Below, one piece after another: positions 10,636 through 20,789 of a DNA stretch of 64,000 bases. The stretch's first letter is position 1, and each line of letters begins with the position of its first letter. The position numbers and the translations under genes are program-made. The notes beneath the pieces were generated by a model. The model was not told the DNA's origin. It saw nothing but the letters and a program-made list of their open reading frames with translations, and did no database searches. Source of the stretch: Pedobacter sp. (GTDB lineage: Bacteria > Desulfobacterota > Desulfuromonadia > Desulfuromonadales > Syntrophotaleaceae); assembly GCA_050253415.1 (NCBI GenBank), contig JBFWJC010000005.1:128001-192000 (forward strand), read 5' to 3'.

Positions 10636-11991
10636 TTATTCGAAATACTTGTGGGCAAAGAACAGATCTTCAGAGATTTCGATGCCGGCCATTTCTAACT
10701 TATCTGCGAATTTAGGACGAATGCCCGTAGCATGGAATCGTCCTATTACCTTGCCGTTGGCATCGACTCCCTGGCGTTCGAAAACAAAGATATCCTGCAG
10801 GGTGATAACTTCACCCTCCATCCCGACAACTTCGGCAATGGACGTTACCTTTCGAGTTCCGTCCGCCAGACGCGATACCTGTACGATCATATCGATAGCC
10901 GATGAGATCATGAAGCGCATGGCATGCTCCGGCAGGTTGACACCGGTCATAAGAATCATCGACTCCAGTCGTGTGAGAGAGTCCCGGGGCGAGTTGGAGT
11001 GAATGGTGGTCAACGAACCTTCATGACCTGTATTCATGGCTTGAAGCATGTCAAAGGCTTCCGACCCTCGGACCTCGCCGACGATGATTCGATCAGGGCG
11101 CATACGAAGACTGTTGCGAACCAGGTCACGCTGCGTCACCATTCCCGAGCCTTCAATGCTGGCCGGACGGGTTTCAAGTCGCACGACATGCTCCTGTTGC
11201 ATCTGTAGTTCGGCAGAGTCTTCGATCGTGATAATGCGTTCATTGCCAGGGATATAACCCGACATGATATTAAGAAGAGTTGTTTTACCTGCACCCGTAC
11301 CACCGGAAATCATGATGTTCAGCTTAGCCTTGACGCTGCCTGCCAGCAGGGTGGCAATGTCGGGCGTTAACGTTTTGAAGTTAACCAGATCGTCCATTTT
11401 TAGGGGATTGACGGAGAAACGCCGGATAGAAAGGATCGGCCCGTCAAGTGCCAGGGGTGGGATAATGGCATTAACACGCGAACCGTCTGCGAGTCTCGCG
11501 TCGACCATGGGGGATGATTCATCGATCCGGCGCCCAACCCGCGAAATAATACGGTCGATGATATTCATCAAGTGAGCGTTGTCGATGAACCGGGCAGGGG
11601 TCTTTTCCAGCAATCCCCGACGTTCTACATAAATGTCTTTATAGGTATTGCACAAGATGTCTGAAACGGTTGGATCTTTAAAGAATGGTTCGATCGGCCC
11701 CAGACCGGTGAGTTCATCAAGTATCTCGAGGATCAGAGCATTATGTTCCTCTTCGTTTAAAAGGAGCTGTTCTTCCCGCAGGAAATAGTCGACGATCTTT
11801 CCGATCTCTTCCTTGACTTCGGTTTGATCCAGATCGTCCAGTGCTGCAAGGTTAGCTTCTTCAACGAATCGGTTGTGGATCTTGTGTTTTATCTCGTAAA
11901 AGAAGGAATCACGTTCGCCATTGGGTCGGTGGGTATCCGGGTTGCTTGGCGAAACAGGCTTGCCTGAAGAAAACATATCTTTTATGGCCAC
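10636..11991 (-). CDS. cpaF: Tad pilus assembly ATPase TadA/CpaF
   Basis: Walker [41 protein letters not shown]. Confidence 0.96.
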   Translation of the reverse strand: MAIKDMFSSGKPVSPSNPDTHRPNGERDSFFYEIKHKIHNRFVEEANLAALDDLDQTEVKEEIGKIVDYFLREEQLLLNEEEHNALILEILDELTGLGPIEPFFKDPTVSDILCNTYKDIYVERRGLLEKTPARFIDNAHLMNIIDRIISRVGRRIDESSPMVDARLADGSRVNAIIPPLALDGPILSIRRFSVNPLKMDDLVNFKTLTPDIATLLAGSVKAKLNIMISGGTGAGKTTLLNIMSGYIPGNERIITIEDSAELQMQQEHVVRLETRPASIEGSGMVTQRDLVRNSLRMRPDRIIVGEVRGSEAFDMLQAMNTGHEGSLTTIHSNSPRDSLTRLESMILMTGVNLPEHAMRFMISSAIDMIVQVSRLADGTRKVTSIAEVVGMEGEVITLQDIFVFERQGVDANGKVIGRFHATGIRPKFADKLEMAGIEISEDLFFAHKYFE

Positions 11992-12143
11992 ATCGTCCTC
12001 CTATGTCATGTTATTCAGGTTGATCGTGCCCGAACTGAAGGAGTTTTCGATTCCTGGATTTCATCTCACCCTAATGCATACCTTTGTGCACCTACTTTGA
12101 AGGAAATATGAGGTGCTGTGCTTCAGTCCGTTAATCTGACCAG

Positions 12144-13322
12144 TTAAATTGCTTTTCCGAAAGTGCCTCGTATACCTCGGAACGCATGGGAACTCTCGGG
12201 TGATTTTACCTTTTCGACAAATTGGGCGATATTTTTCGCCAGAGGCAGACCGGAGTTACCTATAAGAAGTGGCTCCCCCTTGTTGATGGAGGAAACAACT
12301 CCTTTAAAATCATTGGGGAACAACCAGTAGGCCTTTTTGTCCAGGTTTTTTTCGACATCAGCGAGGCTGAGAGCTCCTCCTTTGATAACCCGGTTCACAA
12401 CAATTTCTATGTGTTTGGCATCAATACCAATTTTTCCCATCAACTTGATAAGCCGTGAACAGTTACGGATAGCCGGAACCGACATGTCCGTAACAAGAAA
12501 TATGGTTTCGGAGGCATTGAAGATTTCTATATTACACTCATTGATCGACATGGATGTACAATCCACAATAACCTGATCGTATATTTTTTTAGCAAGATCC
12601 AGAACATGGGAAACATGGGTCCCGTTTATGGTGTCGTAATCCTCAGGGTTATTAGGGGCTGCCATGAACTCCAGTCCCGTAGCATGCTTGGTCATCGCTG
12701 CCAGTAGAAAAGAGCTGTCGAGACGATGGTAATTCCTTACGACATCGCTCATTGTGGTCTGGGGATATAGATCAAGTAATACCGTTGCATCGCCGGATTG
12801 GAAACTCATATCGAACAGGGCTACACGCGATTGTTTGTCCTTTGCCATGGCGCAAGCGCTGTTGACTGATAACACCGTTGAACCAAGGCCGCCTTTGCTG
12901 CTGATAAAACTGTAAACCGAACCCCGGGATATCTGTCCCGAAGTAGCAAGTCGTGCGCGAACCTCTTCGATGGCATTTTTAAATATCTTATCGTTGATAG
13001 GGGTTACCAGATATTCGGATACACCCGCCTTCATGACTTCAACTATATGCTGAGGAAACTGATTTCCCGATACAACAAACACTGCAGCATGAGGGAAATT
13101 CTGTCGAATCGGCTTGAGTCGATTGAAAAGAGACGGCCCTTCAGTCGGATCATCGAGCAAAATGATATCCGGTGAGCCCTTGACGGCTAGCGAGCCTTTT
13201 TCTCCAGCCGAATCAAACCACTGGGTCATTTCCAGATTGGGAATTTCCCGTAATTTTTCCTGGAGCATGTGGACAAGGCGACTGTCCGCTATTTCAATCG
13301 CTATAAGAAGTTTTCGTGGCAT
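12144..13322 (-). CDS. cpaE: CpaE/TadZ (atypical receiver domain plus MinD-like ATPase)
   Basis: N-terminal receiver-like domain; deviant Walker A SSKGGLGST; tad operon context. Confidence 0.88.
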   Translation of the reverse strand: MPRKLLIAIEIADSRLVHMLQEKLREIPNLEMTQWFDSAGEKGSLAVKGSPDIILLDDPTEGPSLFNRLKPIRQNFPHAAVFVVSGNQFPQHIVEVMKAGVSEYLVTPINDKIFKNAIEEVRARLATSGQISRGSVYSFISSKGGLGSTVLSVNSACAMAKDKQSRVALFDMSFQSGDATVLLDLYPQTTMSDVVRNYHRLDSSFLLAAMTKHATGLEFMAAPNNPEDYDTINGTHVSHVLDLAKKIYDQVIVDCTSMSINECNIEIFNASETIFLVTDMSVPAIRNCSRLIKLMGKIGIDAKHIEIVVNRVIKGGALSLADVEKNLDKKAYWLFPNDFKGVVSSINKGEPLLIGNSGLPLAKNIAQFVEKVKSPESSHAFRGIRGTFGKAI

Positions 13323-13364
13323 GAAACACCTTTAAGTTGTTGAAACAAGTGTGTAGAGAACTTT

Positions 13365-14630
13365 TCAATCTACCAATACGGGAATTTTAGCCAAGACGCC
13401 AAAATTGGGTCCACCGGTCACTCCGGTAGGAGTGATTTTTTCGCATGACGGTAGGAAAAAAATGTTCTTCTTCTGGTACATTTGCTCATAGTCTTCATCG
13501 GACTGAGGCGGGCCGGTAACGTTTGCCAGGTTGAAATGGTCTACGAAACTTTTCCAACAATCAAATCCGGGAGTACTTGCGGGACATGACCAGTCTTCCA
13601 TTTCCCTGGGTACATCAGCATAAGATGTATCATTGTCACGCAAAATCCAGACAATGTTGACATTAACCGCGCCAACCAGGTTTGAACAATTACTGACATT
13701 ATTGCTGGGGCATTGGATAACCGGCAGGGTCATGTTCCAGATGCTGGTCTTATTGGTCGCTGCTTCCCAGCAGTCGGCCAGATCCCTGAATACAACATCC
13801 TGAACACCTCCGACGGCACCAATACCCGCACCGAATTTCATTTCATCAGGATTGCCGTCTCCACAGATAAGAGATTTCATCTCGTTGGAATTGGCAGTTG
13901 CGCATGGTTGCGAAAAGTTGGTCCAGCCGCCTGTATTGGCAGTATTGAGATTGGCGCCACTGTTGAGCATTCGGCCCATATTGCAGTTGTAATCGCCATC
14001 CTCATCAACGATAGATTCTTCGCATATGGCAATGGGTTGATCAATTTCGCCAGGATTGATGGAGCCTGCGAACCCGAGGTAGGCAATGGCTTCTGCGGTG
14101 ATGCCAAAATTTTCAAAACCGAAAATCTGTGCGAAGTAGGACGCTGCAGGCTTATCTTGCCGCCGGACTTTTACTTTTACTGCATTGATGAAACCACCAT
14201 TGATATTTGGGTCAGGATTATCGAGTTCTTCCTTCGTATAGCTTCCGATATCGATGGCCGTCAAGGAATCGTTCGGCGTGAACTGCCTCGTGGAGAAACT
14301 CCAGTGTCCCCTTTGGACATCTCCTGAGTTGCTAACGGCGTTGTAGATCAACTCGACAGGAATATTTTCGCTAAGATTGGCAATTGCCGTATTATAGGCT
14401 TCAGTGTTAGCTCCCGGATTAACCGACTCACCATCGGCAATATAGAGCACCCGTGCACCGTATAAGGCCCCTGCATCCGCAGCGTTTTGAAGTTCATTGC
14501 GAACGACATAGACGTGATAAACATCAATGGCAAGTGCCGCTATGCCTAGAAACAAGACAGTAAGGATTGCCACCAATACGATGACTACTCCATTTTGATT
14601 ATCTCTTAAAGTCCAGATAGGTCGTTTCAT
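13365..14630 (-). CDS. tadG: TadG-like pilus tip / minor pilin protein with Cys-rich C-terminal domain
   Basis: QNG|VVIVLV prepilin-like N-terminus; ELQNAADAGA motif; GAGG RBS before ATG 14630. Confidence 0.8.
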   Translation of the reverse strand: MKRPIWTLRDNQNGVVIVLVAILTVLFLGIAALAIDVYHVYVVRNELQNAADAGALYGARVLYIADGESVNPGANTEAYNTAIANLSENIPVELIYNAVSNSGDVQRGHWSFSTRQFTPNDSLTAIDIGSYTKEELDNPDPNINGGFINAVKVKVRRQDKPAASYFAQIFGFENFGITAEAIAYLGFAGSINPGEIDQPIAICEESIVDEDGDYNCNMGRMLNSGANLNTANTGGWTNFSQPCATANSNEMKSLICGDGNPDEMKFGAGIGAVGGVQDVVFRDLADCWEAATNKTSIWNMTLPVIQCPSNNVSNCSNLVGAVNVNIVWILRDNDTSYADVPREMEDWSCPASTPGFDCWKSFVDHFNLANVTGPPQSDEDYEQMYQKKNIFFLPSCEKITPTGVTGGPNFGVLAKIPVLVD

Positions 14631-14651
14631 GGATTGCCTCACTCTTGAGTT

Positions 14652-15107
14652 CTACTCGGCTCGCATGCTGGTTTTGCCAGTAAGCTTAATTGTTTCAGGC
14701 AAACCGGCAATGGAGGGCAAAAAGAGAAAATTGTAATCATATTGTATTTTCACAAGAATGTAATCACCCTGTGCAATCGATACTTCTCCATCGGAGCTGT
14801 TCGGATCAATGGTAAGGTTTTCGGTGCCAAAAGATACAAGCCTCAGGTCGGTATTAGTAGGGTAGTTGGTATAAAGGTATTGATTGACTGCATCCTCTAC
14901 TGCAGGGCCTGAATAAATACGATTGTCGTCGCTATCGGTTTGGAAAACAATCGCTCTTCGTGCGCCTTCCCGGCTTGCATTGGTAAGTATAGCCTGGTTG
15001 TAAAAGATAAAACCAAACTCGATAATGCCGAATACAATCAGGAGCAGCAGGGGGAGGATGACCGCGAATTCAACAACAGCCGCTCCTTTTTGAGATTGCA
15101 ATTTCAT
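14652..15107 (-). CDS. tadE: TadE pseudopilin
   Basis: QKG|AAVVEFAVILP; ASREGARR. Confidence 0.9.
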   Translation of the reverse strand: MKLQSQKGAAVVEFAVILPLLLLIVFGIIEFGFIFYNQAILTNASREGARRAIVFQTDSDDNRIYSGPAVEDAVNQYLYTNYPTNTDLRLVSFGTENLTIDPNSSDGEVSIAQGDYILVKIQYDYNFLFLPSIAGLPETIKLTGKTSMRAE

Positions 15108-15195
15108 AAGGCCACTCCTTTGCTAAGTTTCTTTGGTCGTAGATCTGTGTGTAGAGGGCTGCGATACCAATGGCATCGCAGCCTCGTTAGTTGCA

Positions 15196-15465
15196 TCACT
15201 GATTTAACCCGAAATTAATGATATTGACGTTTTCAGGTTTTTCAGCAAATGTTTCATTGTAGACCTTCATGATTTCCTCAGCGGTAATCCCGTCAAGATT
15301 TTCCGGTATTGTTGATGCGTACCTGTAGTCAGGATAGGCGACCTGTTGATCCCAGGCTGCCTGACTCTGCTGGCCGAAATCCCGGTCGACATAGTAGGCT
15401 TCCTGCATTGAGGCACATCCGGTCAGCAGGAGGATTGTCGCGATGGCAAAGCTTAGTTTTTTCAT
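15196..15465 (-). CDS. Small Tad-associated lipoprotein
   Basis: Lipobox LTGC; DRDFG...QVAYP; lies directly after the secretin gene; GGGGG RBS. Confidence 0.7.
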   Translation of the reverse strand: MKKLSFAIATILLLTGCASMQEAYYVDRDFGQQSQAAWDQQVAYPDYRYASTIPENLDGITAEEIMKVYNETFAEKPENVNIINFGLNQ

Positions 15466-15486
15466 TATGTTGACCCCCTTTGCTAT

Positions 15487-17016
15487 TTATTGTGCCGTCA
15501 TCGGTTCGTGACCAAATTCGCCTTCGAGACCGCCTGTAGTTTCGGTTGCCTGGGGTGAGGAAGTGAAGCTGTGACGACTCATGTTGGATATATCATCCGG
15601 GAATCGCCGGCCCTCAAGGCGTCCTTCCAGGTAAAACTCCAAACTGTTTGGCGGTTGTAAATATTCGCCGGGGAAAGTTATGGACCCTTCCTTGACGGGT
15701 TTTACAAGGTGAGGGGTGACCGCAATAAGCAGATCTGTTTTGTCCTGAGAGTAGCTGGTGCTGCGGAACAGAGCACCGATAACCGGCAGGTCGCCGAGAC
15801 CTGGTATTTTACTTACCGATTCGCGTAGGTTATCTTGCAGCAACCCAGCGAGGGCCAAGGTCTGCCCGTCATGAAGTTGAACGGTAGTTTCCAACTTACG
15901 GGTCGTCAAGTTAGGTACAACAAACTCGGCACCGACAATGCCAGAAGGAATGGTGCTGGTCGAGGCGATATCGCTGACGCTGGGAGCAACACGCAAGCTG
16001 ATCTTGCCATCACTCATGACTACCGGGGTGAAGCGCAAGGCAACACCGAACTCACGGAATTCTATAGTCACCGTATCGTTGTCCTGGGGGACGGGTATGG
16101 GGAATTCCCCACCAGCCAGGAAACTGGCCTCCTGCCCACTGAGGGTTACAAGTCTCGGTTCGGCCAGAATACGGGCTAAGCCCTCATCCTCCAAAAAGCG
16201 TAGTGCAGAGGTAAAATCACCCAGTTGCAGGAAAATGTTGGCAGGGTTGGCAGAGGAAAAACTGGCGAAGTTCAACAGTACGCTGCCAAGAGTGCCGGCA
16301 GCAAACGAGCCACTGGAAGCATCGTCGATGCCGCCAACTCCGGCAATAACACCGGAGTTGTCACCCAAACCGGTAAAACCAAGAGCTGCCTGCCAGCCGC
16401 GCCCCGAGGAACGGGTGACTTCGGCGAATTTTACCTCCAACATGACCTGCTGGATACCGCCAATGGTTAACAGGTTGGTGATTCCGGCGCCTGATTGGCC
16501 GGTACCTTTGCTAGTTGTAGAAGCATCCGCTTTTTCTGGAAGAAATGTTTGCGTCAAACGGACAACCTGTTCGGCGACCTCAGGGCCGGATACGGTGCCC
16601 GAAAGAACAACGCCTGTTTCCGAAGCATGTACCTTGATGTCCTCCAGGGGATACAGCTGGCTAATTTTTTGTTTAAGGGGTGTCAGGTCGAGGTTGACAC
16701 TGACATCAATGATGGCGCGCACTTGCCGGGAAGCATCGTCCCAAACTGTGACACGGGAAAAACCTATCTTTTTGCCCAGGTTATAAATATTGACCAAGTT
16801 AGGCCGCAACGGCCTGGCGCCAATAATGTCGCCATTAGAGATAAGAATTTTCATTCTCTGGCTTGGCTCACGGATTTCTACCAGTTCCGATCCCCCGATA
16901 TTGACATCAAGAGTCAGATGCTCTATTTCGTCAGCAGCGGCTGGGCCGGTGAACAGAGCCAGGCAAAACAGGCTCAAGAAGCATATTGCCGGAAGAATAG
17001 CTCGGCGCATTGTCAT
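15487..17016 (-). CDS. cpaC: Tad secretin RcpA/CpaC
   Basis: QVMLEVKFAEV, AEPRLVTLSGQEASFLAGGEFPIP, KIPGLGDLPVIGALFRS; GGGAGG RBS before ATG 17016. Confidence 0.93.
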   Translation of the reverse strand: MTMRRAILPAICFLSLFCLALFTGPAAADEIEHLTLDVNIGGSELVEIREPSQRMKILISNGDIIGARPLRPNLVNIYNLGKKIGFSRVTVWDDASRQVRAIIDVSVNLDLTPLKQKISQLYPLEDIKVHASETGVVLSGTVSGPEVAEQVVRLTQTFLPEKADASTTSKGTGQSGAGITNLLTIGGIQQVMLEVKFAEVTRSSGRGWQAALGFTGLGDNSGVIAGVGGIDDASSGSFAAGTLGSVLLNFASFSSANPANIFLQLGDFTSALRFLEDEGLARILAEPRLVTLSGQEASFLAGGEFPIPVPQDNDTVTIEFREFGVALRFTPVVMSDGKISLRVAPSVSDIASTSTIPSGIVGAEFVVPNLTTRKLETTVQLHDGQTLALAGLLQDNLRESVSKIPGLGDLPVIGALFRSTSYSQDKTDLLIAVTPHLVKPVKEGSITFPGEYLQPPNSLEFYLEGRLEGRRFPDDISNMSRHSFTSSPQATETTGGLEGEFGHEPMTAQ

Positions 17017-17043
17017 GATGACCTCCCTTTTAATAAACCCCAT

Positions 17044-17862
17044 TTATTTCGCTTTGAATTGATAATTTTCGGCGGGTTTTTCCCCTCGAATAACCTCGAC
17101 TTCAAAAGTCGCCGGTGGCGGGGTGTAAACCCTTGGTTTTACACTGCGAACTGGTGCTCTTTTTACCACCTTTTTAACCGGTGGGGGAGTTTCTTTTTCA
17201 TCTAGCGGGTTGCGAAGAACGAGTCGGATGGGGCCTTCATGAGTTTTTTCTGCGAGCAATTCCGCGTCATCGGGCGATAATTCCATGGTTACGGTACGAA
17301 CCACTTTCGGTTTGCCTTCTTCGATGAATGTCTCCTGGGCAATCGCAAGAACTTCAACCTTGCGCAGGAAGGTTTCCGCAACTGTGTTGCGTTTTGACTT
17401 TTCGTCTATGGAGATGATATCGACAAAGGTGTTTGGCAGGATAAAACCACCAACCCCGACGACTTCATCAACCCTTATGGCCATGGCACGCATACCAGGT
17501 TTTATAAGAGCTACAAGCCCGGCTCCGGAGTTGGGAGACGCCAGTTCGGCAGCCAGGATAGGAGTTCCGGTGACCATCTTGGAGACGGACACGCGGCCCG
17601 CCACTTGCTCCATGTCTTCAAAGGCACCTTTGGGGACACTGGCTTTGGGCCATTGCGCCAGGGCCAACTGTGTCTTGTCAAGACGGGTCCCGATGTTGAC
17701 ATCCGTTGCCGCAACGACTATCTGCGTCATGGACATAGATGTTTCCGGGGTTACAGCAGTTTGAGACGCTTTGCTTGATAGCCATTTGTTGACCAGAATG
17801 ACCGCTATGACGCCGAAAATTACGGCCAGTGCCAGAGCGATGATCGTGCCATATTTTTTCAT
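17044..17862 (-). CDS. cpaB: Flp pilus assembly protein CpaB/RcpC
   Basis: N-terminal TM, SAF domain, PGMRAMAIRVDEVVGVGGFILP, LVLRNPLD. Confidence 0.92.
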   Translation of the reverse strand: MKKYGTIIALALAVIFGVIAVILVNKWLSSKASQTAVTPETSMSMTQIVVAATDVNIGTRLDKTQLALAQWPKASVPKGAFEDMEQVAGRVSVSKMVTGTPILAAELASPNSGAGLVALIKPGMRAMAIRVDEVVGVGGFILPNTFVDIISIDEKSKRNTVAETFLRKVEVLAIAQETFIEEGKPKVVRTVTMELSPDDAELLAEKTHEGPIRLVLRNPLDEKETPPPVKKVVKRAPVRSVKPRVYTPPPATFEVEVIRGEKPAENYQFKAK

Positions 17863-17958
17863 ACTGGGCCTCCTGTGTAACTGAAAGGTAAAATCGGGTT
17901 GTCAACCCCTTGCAAATCCTCCGATAAAATTATCCGATGTTTGTGACGATAATGCTGT

Positions 17959-18567
17959 TTATAAAATGTCTCCCCAAAAGGTAAAGGCGAAAAATCCGAA
18001 TGCTATGGCTGAAGCATAAGGAAATTTATATGTTTTTCGAATTTTCGGGTTTTTAAAGGATTTGTAGTCCTTGGTGAGGTAGACGCTTTTAAGGGCCGCG
18101 GCATAGTGTCGCAGTTCTTTTCGAGTATCAGAAGACATGAGATGAAACATCAGCCCCAATAATCCCCCGATGATTCCCATGTACAGAAATATTTGAAAGA
18201 TTTTACCCGGGCCAAGTAGTGTACCTAGAGCTGCAAGGGCCTTGACATCGCCAGCTCCCATCCCTCCCATCATGAAAGGTACTATAAGAAGAGCGAGGCC
18301 GACGGTAAGACCCGCAGCCGAAAAGACGATACCGGGCAAACCTGAGATGACGATGTTGTAAGTAATTCCTATAAGCATTAGGGGCAGTGTAACTAAATTC
18401 GGTATTTTGGAATAAAGGGTATCGGTACCACAAATAATAAATAAATAACCCGAGGCAGCCAGAATGAACACATTTGTTGGGTAGCGGTAAATGAATAACA
18501 TGGCCATGATCATGGCCGTGAGACCAAGAGCATAACGTGTCATTTTAAATAGGTTTGGATTCTCCAT
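17959..18567 (-). CDS. cpaA: Prepilin peptidase TadV/CpaA (A24)
   Basis: TD...KIPN, GGMGAGDVK, PYASAIAFG. Confidence 0.9.
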   Translation of the reverse strand: MENPNLFKMTRYALGLTAMIMAMLFIYRYPTNVFILAASGYLFIICGTDTLYSKIPNLVTLPLMLIGITYNIVISGLPGIVFSAAGLTVGLALLIVPFMMGGMGAGDVKALAALGTLLGPGKIFQIFLYMGIIGGLLGLMFHLMSSDTRKELRHYAAALKSVYLTKDYKSFKNPKIRKTYKFPYASAIAFGFFAFTFWGDIL

Positions 18568-18631
18568 TCAAGCTGCCTCGGATTTAGGTCAAATTACAAT
18601 TGCACTGTAAGTTTTAGGGAGAGTATTGATG

Positions 18632-18811
18632 TTAGTTTTCAGGTAAATTTTCCGCGATGTTGTTAAATGTGTTGTTGACTTTGTTGCCGAGCAAAGTGAT
18701 TGCGCCAATGGCCACGATAATGATGAGCGCAAGCATTACGGCGTATTCAGTAGCGGTGGCTCCTTCTTCACTGCAAATCAGTTCCCTGCATTTCATGAGC
18801 ATTCTTTTCAT
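18632..18811 (-). CDS. flp: Flp type IVb pilin (copy 1)
   Basis: EEG|ATATEYAVMLALI Flp motif; AAGGAGG RBS; 59 aa. Confidence 0.93.
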   Translation of the reverse strand: MKRMLMKCRELICSEEGATATEYAVMLALIIIVAIGAITLLGNKVNNTFNNIAENLPEN

Positions 18812-18988
18812 GGTTGATCCTCCTTCGGGCTTGTGTGGGTGGATGATTTTCAATAAATTCAACTTAAAATCATCCTCGACAAACAGACGAACATTTTCTA
18901 CCTAAGTTGCCTTTTAACCTGTGCCGTTCCTAGGAAAGGCCCAAGACCACTTGTTGGCTCAGTTTTTCGACTTAACCTCTTTAGTTTG

Positions 18989-19018
18989 AGATTAGCTTGG
19001 AATTTTGGCATGTCAAGG
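18989..19018 (-). promoter_or_regulatory. Putative sigma70-type promoter of flp copy 1
   Basis: Minus strand ccTTGACA-N16-TAATCT; shares a spacer motif with the flp copy 2 promoter. Confidence 0.5.
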
Positions 19019-19295
19019 TAATCGGAAGGTTGAAAATCAATAGTTTTAGGTTGTTAAGGTGACTTTGCCGATAAAAAAAGTGTGCAATATCAGGTGGGAT
19101 TTTGATCTCAACAACCTAAGTAATTATTTTATAAAGGAAAAATATAGATATTATGCTTTTTAGATGTGACGGGAGTTAAATCCAAAAACTAAAAAGGCGG
19201 TCTTTTAGCGGACCGAAAGTTTCGGCATTTCGATGTTTTTACTTTTTAAAGGAAAGGTCTGTATATTGCGTATACATGACCATCAATGTATTACA

Positions 19296-19333
19296 AAAGA
19301 AGATTGTACCGAAAAATCAGTACAATCTTCTTT
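19296..19333 (-). terminator. Intrinsic terminator after flp copy 2
   Basis: 14-bp perfect inverted repeat AAAGAAGATTGTAC/GTACAATCTTCTTT, ending in T residues on the minus strand. Confidence 0.6.
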
Positions 19334-19379
19334 GGTCAAATCCTTTTTAGAGACACATATTATTTTTCAGGGGCAACCA

Positions 19380-19559
19380 TCAATTCTCAGGTATTTGTTC
19401 CGCTATATTATTGAAAGTGTTATTGACCTTGTTGCCGAGAAGGGTAATCGCACCAATGGCGACAATAATTATCAACGCCAACATGACAGCATACTCGGTG
19501 GCAGTTGCGCCTTCTTCACTAAAAGCCAGTTCCCGGCACTTATCAAAAATGTTTTTCAT
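19380..19559 (-). CDS. flp: Flp type IVb pilin (copy 2)
   Basis: EEG|ATATEYAVMLALI; AAGGAGG RBS; 59 aa. Confidence 0.93.
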   Translation of the reverse strand: MKNIFDKCRELAFSEEGATATEYAVMLALIIIVAIGAITLLGNKVNNTFNNIAEQIPEN

Positions 19560-19654
19560 TGTAGGACCTCCTTCATTTTGATTCATTTTGAATGTTCAAG
19601 GTCAAATAGAGCCCACTGCTAGAAATCTGTCTTATTAATTAACCGTTTTGCGCA

Positions 19655-19684
19655 ATGTTAGCGTGGATTTTTATGTTGTCAAGG
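19655..19684 (-). promoter_or_regulatory. Putative sigma70-type promoter of flp copy 2
   Basis: Minus strand ccTTGACA-N16-TAACAT. Confidence 0.5.
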
Positions 19685-19890
19685 AAGGTAATAGAACTTC
19701 ATAAGATTAGTTTGCGTAAATTTTACAAGTGAAGAGTTCCCTTTGCCTGGTAGGCACTGATTTGGCTATTGCTATGAAGTGTTCTGTCAAAAAATAGGGG
19801 TGATGTCTGTCCATATTCTCATTTGCGGCTATAGTATTATAAAGTTACCTGTCACCGTATTGAGATTTCTACACCTTTAATGGACTGGAT

Positions 19891-20379
19891 ATGTTGATGC
19901 GTAGAGACCGTGAAAAAATTGTGAGATTCGGCTTGGTCGGGGTTGCCAACACTTTTGTTGACTACGCTATACTCAACCTCATCGTTTTTTTTCTAAGCAT
20001 TTTAAATCCCGTTACCCTTGTTATATGTAACGTGGTGTCTTTCTTGGGAGCGAATGTTAACAGTTACTTTATGAACAAAAGATGGACCTTTGAAGATCGG
20101 GGCCATTGGTCCAAAAAGGAATATCTGGTTTTTCTTCTTTGTTCGCTTGGTGGACTCGCCATCAATTGCAGTGTGATTTTTTTTCTTTCCCATACATCCA
20201 TCAACCCTCAGTGGTCGTTTTTCGTTAATCTCAATGTGGCCAAGCTTTTAGCCACGGTCGCTAGTATGGTTTGGAATTTTTGTAGTTACCGTGCTTTTGT
20301 ATTTAAACTTTACCCATCAGAGGCTCAATCAATCGTAAATGCCTGCAATGACAGGTCTGCTTCGTCGGTTCGAACCTAA
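19891..20379 (+). CDS. gtrA: GtrA-family polyprenyl-phosphate-sugar flippase
   Basis: RFGLVGVANTFVDY, NSYFMNKRWTF, AKLLAT...WNF...RAFVF; 4 TM segments. Confidence 0.9.
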   Translation: MLMRRDREKIVRFGLVGVANTFVDYAILNLIVFFLSILNPVTLVICNVVSFLGANVNSYFMNKRWTFEDRGHWSKKEYLVFLLCSLGGLAINCSVIFFLSHTSINPQWSFFVNLNVAKLLATVASMVWNFCSYRAFVFKLYPSEAQSIVNACNDRSASSVRT

Positions 20380-20386
20380 GACTTTA

Positions 20387-20442
20387 TCTCCGTAAACAAA
20401 GAGGGGGTGGCTTGTGGGCCACCCCCTCTTTGTTTACGGAGA
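20387..20442. terminator. Bidirectional terminator / long perfect hairpin
   Basis: 25-bp perfect inverted repeat TCTCCGTAAACAAAGAGGGGGTGGC with a 6-nt loop, between convergent genes. Confidence 0.75.
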
Positions 20443-20468
20443 CTTATTGTTGAGGCATAGAATTATTA

Positions 20469-20726
20469 TCAGCTTTTTTGCACGGCTTTATCGGTGAAAG
20501 CGGCGTATTCTGCCTGGTCAAGTTTGCCGTCCTGATTAGCATCGACTGTTGCGAAATCGGTTATCAGGGTCTCGCAGGAAGCCGCTTCTTCACTGGTAAT
20601 AAAACCGTTTTGGTCTGCATCAAGATACTCAAAGGTCGGGATGTTGGTTTGGCCAGCGGCAAATGCTGCATTGCTCAGCATGAAAACGGCGGCTACCATC
20701 AACAGGTTTACGGTCAGTTTTTTCAT
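20469..20726 (-). CDS. Secreted two-EF-hand calcium-binding protein
   Basis: Signal peptide (AAFA); EF-hand loops DADQNGFITSEE and DANQDGKLDQAE; AAGGAG RBS. Confidence 0.85.
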   Translation of the reverse strand: MKKLTVNLLMVAAVFMLSNAAFAAGQTNIPTFEYLDADQNGFITSEEAASCETLITDFATVDANQDGKLDQAEYAAFTDKAVQKS

Positions 20727-20789
20727 GGTTTTCTCCTTTTACCATTTGAAGGGTTGTGATCGCCTCATGACGATCTCCTTCTTATAATC

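Noticed and set aside
18812..19380. c-di-GMP (GEMM) riboswitch in the flp leaders
   Set aside because: The conserved GEMM core was not visible by eye; an Rfam scan would be needed to exclude it fully.
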